Assembly: GCF_000009965.1 (NCBI RefSeq)
Contig: NC_006624.1
Location: 870,001 to 902,000 of the forward strand
Reading direction: 5' to 3'
Length of the DNA: 32,000 nt
Source: Thermococcus kodakarensis KOD1
Lineage (GTDB): Archaea > Methanobacteriota_B > Thermococci > Thermococcales > Thermococcaceae
Shown: one piece after another, positions 26,139-32,000 of the stretch
Layout of the letters: each line of letters begins with the position of its first letter
Numbering within the stretch: position 1 is the stretch's first letter
Translations under genes and position numbers: made by a program
Notes under the pieces: generated by a model
Database searches by the model: none
Told to the model about the DNA's origin: nothing
Seen by the model: only the letters and a program-made list of their open reading frames with translations

Positions 26139-26166
26139 ACCTACATGTGTAGATATCTATGTAGGT
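26139..26166. promoter_or_regulatory. Nested palindrome (candidate operator) in a divergent promoter region
   Basis: ACCTACAT (26139-26146) and ATGTAGGT (26159-26166) are perfect inverted repeats separated by 12 bp. The interior contains the further palindromes CTACATGTGTAG and TAGATATCTA. It is flanked by two TTTAAAAG TATA-like boxes (about 26118-26125 and 26187-26194). Confidence 0.35.
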
Positions 26167-26216
26167 TGTGACTTCACAAAAAAGTATTTAAAAGATGGCA
26201 CTTAGAGGAGCATGAT

Positions 26217-26621
26217 GTGAAAATGAAGTGGAGAAGAGAAAAAGCCTATGGGGCAGCTTTTTTAGTGTTCTCACTCCTCGACGCGCTTACCACCTGGGTT
26301 GGAGTTCAAAGGGGCTTTTCCGAGGCAAATCCAATAGTTGCGAGCAGGCTTTCCGATCCAGCGCTGTTCTTCGGGAGCTTTGCGCTGTTCACAACTCTTG
26401 GACTTCTGGTGATATTCGCGTCAAGCTACATGAGCCGTTTTTCTAGAGCATTTGGATACTTCCCGCCACTGTTTATCCTGATGAGGGCACTGCCTGTCTT
26501 CAACAACGCATACCTTCTCGCAGGAAGGAACTCTGCGTTCCTATCGCTTCCAGCAGGCTTTCTAATCCTGCCGCTCGCCAAGAACTCAGGAAAGCTTTTA
26601 TCCTCTCCCACTAAGAGTTGA
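26217..26621 (+). CDS. Small polytopic membrane protein (DUF5658-like)
   Basis: It has four predicted hydrophobic helices. The N-terminal FSLLDALTTWVGVQRGFSEANPI resembles the DUF5658 pattern. GAGGAG lies 6 nt upstream of GTG 26217. Confidence 0.55.
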   Translation: MKMKWRREKAYGAAFLVFSLLDALTTWVGVQRGFSEANPIVASRLSDPALFFGSFALFTTLGLLVIFASSYMSRFSRAFGYFPPLFILMRALPVFNNAYLLAGRNSAFLSLPAGFLILPLAKNSGKLLSSPTKS

Positions 26622-26623
26622 GT

Positions 26624-29038
26624 ATGCAGTACCTCAGACGAGACCTCATAGAGCCCCGCGTTTACCAGGAGGTCATTTACGCCAGGTGTAAAGAGGCCAA
26701 CTGCCTCGTTGTCCTGCCTACTGGGTTAGGAAAGACCCTCATAGCCATGCTCATAGCAGACTACCGCCTCTCAAAGTACGGCGGAAAGGTTCTCATGCTC
26801 GCCCCTACGAAACCGCTCGCTGTCCAGCACGCCGAGAGCTTCAAAAAACTGTTCAACATCCCGCCCGAGAAGATAAACGTCCTGACTGGTGAGCTGTCCC
26901 CAAAGCAGAGGGCCGAAGTTTGGAAGAACAGCGTCGTAATAACCGCAACGCCCCAGACGGTCGAGAATGATATTTTAACTGGCAGAATATCTCTCGAAGA
27001 TGTTGTTCTACTTGTCTTTGATGAGGCCCATCGAGCAGTCGGGAACTACTCCTACGTTTTCATAGCTAAGGAGTACCTGAAGACCGCAAAACACCCGCTC
27101 GTTCTGGGCCTTACTGCCTCTCCTGGAAGCGACGAGGAGAAAATAAGGGAAATAGTGAGAAATCTCGGGATAGAGAGGATAGAGATTCGGACCGAAAGCT
27201 CACCGGACGTTAAACCTTATGTCCAAAAAATAGCCTTCGAGTGGGTTAAGGTCGACCTGCCGGGCATCTACAAGGAAGTCCGTTCCATCCTCCGCGAGAT
27301 GCTGAAGGAGAGCCTCAAGCCCCTCGCCCAGTTTAAGCTGGTCTCGACGTATTCCCCAGACATCTCAAAGAAGGAAGTCCTCCAGGCCGGCTCGAAGATC
27401 AACCAGGAAGTAGCGAGGGGGAACTACGAGCTCGGAAGGCTGAGGATGCACCAGGCGAAGGCGGTTAAGCTCCTGCACGCGCTTGAACTTCTTGAAACCC
27501 AGGGGCTAACTGCCCTAAGGGCCTACCTGAAAAAACTCAAAGAAGACAAGAGGACGAAGTCGAGCAAGGAGCTGATGGAAGACCCGCGCATGAGGAAAGT
27601 AATCTACCTACTCGTCCAGGCGAAGGAATCTGGGTTAGACCACCCCAAGATGGAGAAGCTGAAGGAGCTCGTTAAAGAGCAGCTCGGGAAAAAGCCGAGC
27701 TCCAAGATAATAGTCTTCACGAACTACCGCGACACCGGAAAGAAAATCGTTGAGGAACTGCGCTCTATGGGGATCACTGCTGAGAGGTTCATCGGGCAGG
27801 CGAGCAGGAAGGACGACAGGGGAATGAGCCAGAGGGAGCAGAAGGAAGTCCTCGACCGCTTCTCAAGGGGGGAGTTCAACGTCCTCGTGGCTACAAGCGT
27901 CGGGGAGGAGGGATTGGACGTTCCCGAAGTTGACCTAGTGGTGTTTTATGAGCCTGTTCCCTCAGCAATAAGGAGCATCCAGAGGCGCGGAAGAACCGGA
28001 AGACACAGGCCGGGAAGAGTTGTCATTCTCATGGCTAAGGGGACGAGGGATGAAGCCTACTACTGGGCTTCCCGAAGAAAGGAGAAGGGGATGTTCGATG
28101 CGATAAAGAAAATCGCGAGGGAGCTTGAGAAGTTGCAGAGGGCCAGGATAAAAGCCCAAGGGGAGGAAGGTAAAATACACGCGGGTGTTGAAAAGTCGAA
28201 GGGGAGTGTCGATGTGTCCAAGGGGAAGATTGCCCCGCTGGATGCTTTCCTGAAGCCTAAAAAGGTCGAAAATACCGAAATTAGAGAGAGCAAAGCGGTC
28301 GGGAAAGCCGCTCCCCAGGCATCGGAAGAAAAATCAGCCGAAAAGCCGAAAGAAACGACCGAAGAGCTTCCGATAAAGCCCATCTTTGTGAGAAAGCCGA
28401 AGGGCATAGTGGTCTACGTCGATTCCCGCGAGCTGAGGAGCGGTGTTCCGAAGCACCTCAGGGAGCTGGGCGCCGAGGTCGAGGTGAGAACCCTCGACGT
28501 TGCAGACTACGTTGTGAGCGAAGAGGTGGGCATAGAGCGGAAGAGCGCCAACGACTTCATCCAGTCGATAATTGACGGGAGGCTCTTTGACCAGGTTGAG
28601 AGGCTGAAGAGGGCCTACGAGAAGCCGGTAATCATCATTGAGGGGGAGCTGTACGGCATAAGGAACGTCCACCCCAACGCAATACGGGGAGCGATAGCGG
28701 CGGTGACCCTTGACTGGGGAGTTCCAATATTGTTCTCATCAGGGCCGGAAGAGACCGCCCAGTTTATCTACCTCATGGCAAAGCGCGAGCAGGAGGAGAG
28801 GAAGAAGGAAGTCCGGTTGAGGAGCGAGAAGAAGGCGCTGACTCTAGCGGAGAGGCAGAGGCTCATAGTCGAGGGCCTTCCAAACGTCTCGGCGACGCTG
28901 GCTAAGAGGCTTTTAAAGCACTTTGGAAACGTCGAGAGGGTCTTCACGGCAACGGAGGAGGAGCTGAAGGAAGTTGAGGGAATCGGACCAAAGAAGGCGA
29001 GGGAGATAAGGAGGGTCATCACAGGCACCCTACGTTGA
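26624..29038 (+). CDS. hef: Hef: helicase-associated endonuclease for fork-structured DNA (XPF/FANCM homologue)
   Basis: The N-terminal SF2 helicase has PTGLGKT, FDEAH and QRRGRTGR. A charged linker follows. The C-terminal ERCC4 nuclease has VDSRE...GIERKSANDF, plus a tandem helix-hairpin-helix (LPNVSATLAKRLL...GIGPKKAREI). Confidence 0.9.
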   Translation: MQYLRRDLIEPRVYQEVIYARCKEANCLVVLPTGLGKTLIAMLIADYRLSKYGGKVLMLAPTKPLAVQHAESFKKLFNIPPEKINVLTGELSPKQRAEVWKNSVVITATPQTVENDILTGRISLEDVVLLVFDEAHRAVGNYSYVFIAKEYLKTAKHPLVLGLTASPGSDEEKIREIVRNLGIERIEIRTESSPDVKPYVQKIAFEWVKVDLPGIYKEVRSILREMLKESLKPLAQFKLVSTYSPDISKKEVLQAGSKINQEVARGNYELGRLRMHQAKAVKLLHALELLETQGLTALRAYLKKLKEDKRTKSSKELMEDPRMRKVIYLLVQAKESGLDHPKMEKLKELVKEQLGKKPSSKIIVFTNYRDTGKKIVEELRSMGITAERFIGQASRKDDRGMSQREQKEVLDRFSRGEFNVLVATSVGEEGLDVPEVDLVVFYEPVPSAIRSIQRRGRTGRHRPGRVVILMAKGTRDEAYYWASRRKEKGMFDAIKKIARELEKLQRARIKAQGEEGKIHAGVEKSKGSVDVSKGKIAPLDAFLKPKKVENTEIRESKAVGKAAPQASEEKSAEKPKETTEELPIKPIFVRKPKGIVVYVDSRELRSGVPKHLRELGAEVEVRTLDVADYVVSEEVGIERKSANDFIQSIIDGRLFDQVERLKRAYEKPVIIIEGELYGIRNVHPNAIRGAIAAVTLDWGVPILFSSGPEETAQFIYLMAKREQEERKKEVRLRSEKKALTLAERQRLIVEGLPNVSATLAKRLLKHFGNVERVFTATEEELKEVEGIGPKKAREIRRVITGTLR

Positions 29039-29082
29039 GGAAGAGGATAAGGCTTAAGTTTTCAAAAATTGTAGTAGAGACC

Positions 29083-29151
29083 GCCCCCGGGAAACCGCGG
29101 GGGATGAGCGCCTCGGCGAGCCGTGATTCCCCTTCGCTCCCCGGGGGCACA
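29083..29151 (+). ncRNA. Candidate single-hairpin H/ACA box guide sRNA
   Basis: The lower stem GCCCCCGGG (29083-29091) pairs perfectly with CCCGGGGGC (29140-29148) and is followed immediately by ACA (29149-29151). A symmetric internal loop of 7+7 nt forms the pocket (AAACCGC / UUCGCUC). The upper stem is GGGGA/UCCCC. A K-turn/K-loop has AUGA (29104-29107) opposite CGUGAUU (29122-29128), giving tandem G.A pairs and a U.U pair. An A/T-rich TATA-like element (29055-29070) lies about 20 nt upstream. Confidence 0.6.
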
Positions 29152-29153
29152 CT

Positions 29154-29993
29154 TCAGCCGAACACGGCCCTAACGCCAGTTGCGGCAAATATCAGGAGTT
29201 CTATCATCTTGTAGGCCTCTTCCACGCTGTTTGTCTCAAATTCGACAGTCTTGCCGTCTATTCTTCTGACCAAGGGGCAAAGCTCGGCTGCGTCGGCAAA
29301 GCCGCTGTTCAGGAAGCGCACCCCTACTTTAACGGGCTTTTCCACGCTCAGGGGCTTTATAGCTCCTTCTTTCCAGCGCTTTACAGCCTCTTTTGTGCCT
29401 TTTATGAGGAGCTTATTTATTGCTTCCATTGAGGGGCTGATCGCGGAGTACCTTGAGAAGCTCTCCTTGAGGGGAACACCAACGGTCTTCGGAAGTGCAT
29501 CTCTCACGTCACTTTCAAGCAGTGCCCTATCACCAGCGACTAGAATGACGGGGACGCCCCATTCTCCGAGCAGGTAAGCGTTCAGAAGGGTCTCGCTGAC
29601 GGGTCTCCCGTTCACGGTTATCCAGTCTATTGTGGAGCCACTGTAGGTGTGGTCAAAAGTCGCCCTCCCCACTCCACTCCTGGCATGGTAGCCCAAGAAG
29701 AGTGCAACGTCGCTCCCCTTACTCCCTGCCACCATGCTCATCGGCCTCGGGAAGCCTCTAACGAGCTTCACAAAGCCGGGCATCTCCTCGGGGATGATGT
29801 TCACCATGGGGCCGTGACTGTCGGCGACAACGACTTCCTCAAAGCCAAGCTCGTGGAGTGTCATTGCTGTGATCTTAACAACCTCTGTCGCTATTTTCCT
29901 AGCTTCGCCATAGAGCGCCTTCTTTACGCTCAGGTGTTCGGGACTGACGACGTGGGGCAGGCCCTCAAGGTCGAGGGATATGAAAGCTCTCAT
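29154..29993 (-). CDS. M55-family D-aminopeptidase (DppA-like)
   Basis: MRAFISLDLEGLPHVV..., VVVADSHGPMVN and ALFLGYHARSG match the DppA/M55 conserved blocks (DMEG, NDSH, GYHA). ATG 29993 is preferred over the listed GTG 30002. Confidence 0.85.
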   Translation of the reverse strand: MRAFISLDLEGLPHVVSPEHLSVKKALYGEARKIATEVVKITAMTLHELGFEEVVVADSHGPMVNIIPEEMPGFVKLVRGFPRPMSMVAGSKGSDVALFLGYHARSGVGRATFDHTYSGSTIDWITVNGRPVSETLLNAYLLGEWGVPVILVAGDRALLESDVRDALPKTVGVPLKESFSRYSAISPSMEAINKLLIKGTKEAVKRWKEGAIKPLSVEKPVKVGVRFLNSGFADAAELCPLVRRIDGKTVEFETNSVEEAYKMIELLIFAATGVRAVFG

Positions 29994-30143
29994 CGGTACC
30001 ACCTTTTTTCTGCAAGGATCGGGACAATAAATCCCTTTTGATCGAGGGATAACTACCGGGAATATCCCGCGGGCAACCCAACAACTGCCGCTTATGAAAA
30101 AGGTTTTATATGCCTTCCTTCATAAAATAGAGTGGTGATACGT

Positions 30144-30383
30144 ATGCAAATCGTCGAAATAGACATAAAGCTCCCCTACAAGGAGAGGGGGGTCATACTG
30201 TCGAAGATCGTTTCCAAGTTTGGTGGCAGGATAAAGGACATACACTTCCACCCGCCCGATCCAAAGGGCATCGGAGAAGTTAGAGTTGAGCTGGAAGTAG
30301 AAAACGGAAAGAGCATAATCTCAGAGCTTAAGAGGCTCCTGAAAGGTGGTAGATTCTCCTTCAGGATACTCAGCGAGGCTTGA
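30144..30383 (+). CDS. Small hypothetical protein (possible ACT-like beta-alpha-beta fold)
   Basis: ATG 30144 is preceded by GGTGAT, with a TATA-like TTTTATAT about 35 nt upstream. The product is 79 aa. The fold guess comes from the alternating pattern only. Confidence 0.5.
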   Translation: MQIVEIDIKLPYKERGVILSKIVSKFGGRIKDIHFHPPDPKGIGEVRVELEVENGKSIISELKRLLKGGRFSFRILSEA

Positions 30384-30408
30384 TTTCTGCCTTTCTTATC
30401 TCTCCGGT

Positions 30409-31701
30409 TCAAGTTTTCGAGTTCCGGATTTTTGCCACTAAGCTCAACGGCAGCAGTGACAGCAACGCCAGAACTCCAACTCCACATATACCCTCATTCT
30501 TGGACGTTGATGAACTACTGCTTTCAGTCTTCTTGGTCGTGGAGCTGGAGTAATCAGTGTAATTCGTCTCCCTGGGAGTGGAAGTTGTAGAAGATTCAGA
30601 AGATTCCACAGTCCAGTTCTCGTGAACCGCCGGACAGGAACAGCAGTGAACGTCCCGGTATTTGACGGGAGCAGGAATAACCGTTACCCCCTCCTCGGAC
30701 ACGTGAATCAGCGGGAGTTCTCTAAGGGTGTTGTTCTCGTAGAGGTATATTGAAACGTTCATCGGTCTCGGAGGGTATTTTTTAGTAAGGTACGGGGGGC
30801 TAAATATGAATCTATAATCTCCGCTGTGAAACGTGTAGTTATCCTCCACCCACATGCTCCCGTTGAAATAGGCTATCCCTCTCCCAGGAGGCACGATCAA
30901 AAGTCCATCTCCCATGGTTATCGCACAGGAGTCGTTGACCGGCTGAAGTCTTGACTTCAACTCTTCCTCCAAGGGGATTCTGTACTTTGACGAAACGACG
31001 ATCCAGTCACCCTCAATTTTCAGGGGCAGACACTTCCGGTTCCTGAGAGTGAAGAAATCAAACGGTAGCAAGTTATGCAACCAGGCATCGTAAGGGCTGA
31101 ACTTGTCCTCAAGGCTCAAGTTCTTCTCGTTCCCAACGGCCACCAACTTAATGGATTCATCCACCCTGTACAGGCTTCTGTTTCCTATGGGATACTCGTA
31201 AATCAGAACGTAAGGCATTGAAATGTTAAGATCCCCCTGCTGGGGCACTTCTCCAATCTTCTGGATTGCACCGTTGCAGTAGCGGATTACCGTTAAATGA
31301 TCAGCGCAGGGAGGATGCTTCATTGGAAAACTCGTGTTGGTGGAGGCTGGAAGGAAAAGATACAGCCAGCCCTTATAAAAAGCCAGGGGTGGCAGCTCGA
31401 ACCCCGAAAAAGCCATGTAATCAACGTAGTAGGCACCGCTCTCATTGACATAGAAGATGAAATAAGTCCAAAGGTCAATGGGCATGAGAGTTACGGGGTC
31501 GTACTCTGTAGTGAGACCGGCTTCTTCGTAATAATCGTATTCGACTCCCACAAGGGCTCCTTTGGAGTCAGCGTAGATCACGAAGGGCTGGAGCGAAATC
31601 CCCCAGGGATAGTTGGAGTACTCCTGGGCGGATACATTCTGGAGGGACAAGACAAGAAGAAGGAAAATGGAAAGCGCTCCAGCTGGCTTTAGCTTAGACA
31701 T
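30409..31701 (-). CDS. Secreted, heavily N-glycosylation-sequon-rich surface protein with Ser/Thr linker and CGP-CTERM-like anchor
   Basis: The N-terminal signal peptide is MSKLKPAGALSIFLLLVLSLQNVSAQE. More than 10 N-x-S/T sequons are present. The C-terminus has a Ser/Thr-rich tract (SSESSTTSTPRETNYTDYSSSTTKKTESSSSSTSK), then CGVGVLALLSLLPLSLVAKIRNSKT (Cys-Gly, TM helix, basic tail). Confidence 0.7.
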   Translation of the reverse strand: MSKLKPAGALSIFLLLVLSLQNVSAQEYSNYPWGISLQPFVIYADSKGALVGVEYDYYEEAGLTTEYDPVTLMPIDLWTYFIFYVNESGAYYVDYMAFSGFELPPLAFYKGWLYLFLPASTNTSFPMKHPPCADHLTVIRYCNGAIQKIGEVPQQGDLNISMPYVLIYEYPIGNRSLYRVDESIKLVAVGNEKNLSLEDKFSPYDAWLHNLLPFDFFTLRNRKCLPLKIEGDWIVVSSKYRIPLEEELKSRLQPVNDSCAITMGDGLLIVPPGRGIAYFNGSMWVEDNYTFHSGDYRFIFSPPYLTKKYPPRPMNVSIYLYENNTLRELPLIHVSEEGVTVIPAPVKYRDVHCCSCPAVHENWTVESSESSTTSTPRETNYTDYSSSTTKKTESSSSSTSKNEGICGVGVLALLSLLPLSLVAKIRNSKT

Positions 31702-32000
31702 AATCGCACACCCCGTTCAGGTATTCCAGGGCTTCCACCCTTACATCATAATAATAGGCCCTTCTTGGAGGCTTTCCTAGAACCTGGACGTAGTCGCAGG
31801 CCCTCTGGCGGTACACAGGGTTGTTGAGGACTGCCCCATCGCATTCAAACTCGTAATAGATGTTGTCAACGCCTCTGTAATTGCGGAGGTTCTCTTTGGC
31901 ATCGTCAACATACATCTTCCACTGTTTTAGTGTGTCACTGTTGGCTGGGAGAAGCTCTCCCTTGTAGTAATTGGGTTGTAGAAACACCCAATCGAAGTAG
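31694..32000 (-). CDS. 3' part of a hypothetical protein gene (5' end outside window), co-oriented and overlapping the surface-protein gene
   Basis: The reading frame is open to the window edge, upstream of the listed GTG 31987 (..YFDWVFLQPNYYKG..). Its stop at 31694 overlaps the downstream ATG (31701) by 8 nt. The sequence is Tyr/Cys-containing and looks soluble or extracellular. Confidence 0.5.
   Translation of the reverse strand, partial: YFDWVFLQPNYYKGELLPANSDTLKQWKMYVDDAKENLRNYRGVDNIYYEFECDGAVLNNPVYRQRACDYVQVLGKPPRRAYYYDVRVEALEYLNGVCDYV

Noticed and set aside
1-32000. CRISPR arrays, rRNA genes, inteins
   Set aside because: No regularly spaced direct repeats of 25-40 bp were seen. No rRNA-like sequences were seen. 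SMC, Lhr and Hef have normal lengths and uninterrupted motifs.

Overview
The gene content and style look like a Thermococcales (Thermococcus-like) chromosomal segment. This is an inference from Hef, aLhr-type helicase, SMC/ScpA, prefoldin alpha, a DUF835-like protein, a CGP-CTERM-like surface protein, GGTG/GAGG ribosome-binding sites and G/C-rich third codon positions. Most of the window is densely packed, ordinary core genome. It includes purA, a GalE-like epimerase, an Fe-alcohol dehydrogenase, two MFS transporters, an alpha/beta hydrolase, an M55 peptidase, smc-scpA, hef, an Lhr-type helicase and two PIN-type toxin-antitoxin pairs.

The outstanding anomaly is a sharply bounded, very AT-rich insert of about 4 kb (about 11653-15691). 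It lies between the 3' ends of the alcohol dehydrogenase gene and an MFS transporter gene. It encodes an atypical McrBC-like GTPase/nuclease pair. The McrB homologue (828 aa) has a roughly 370-aa beta-rich, propeller-like N-terminal domain, an Asn/Ser/Gln-rich linker, and a large insertion between Walker A and Walker B. The McrC homologue carries the PD-(D/E)xK motif. I consider this the best candidate for an uncharacterised defence variant.

Other points worth a second look:
- A tightly coupled five-gene operon (264-2776): two tandem paralogous small proteins, a cysteine-free ArsA/Get3-family ATPase, a DUF59-like protein and a membrane-anchored protein.
- A 71-aa hyper-acidic protein built from three exact-period 30-bp Trp/Asp/Glu repeats.
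- A well-formed candidate H/ACA guide sRNA (29083-29151) between hef and the peptidase gene.
- An MFS (DHA2-like) transporter interrupted by a single in-frame TGA.
- A frameshifted membrane-protein gene.
- A nested palindrome in a divergent promoter.

I found no CRISPR array, tRNA, rRNA, integrase or transposase.
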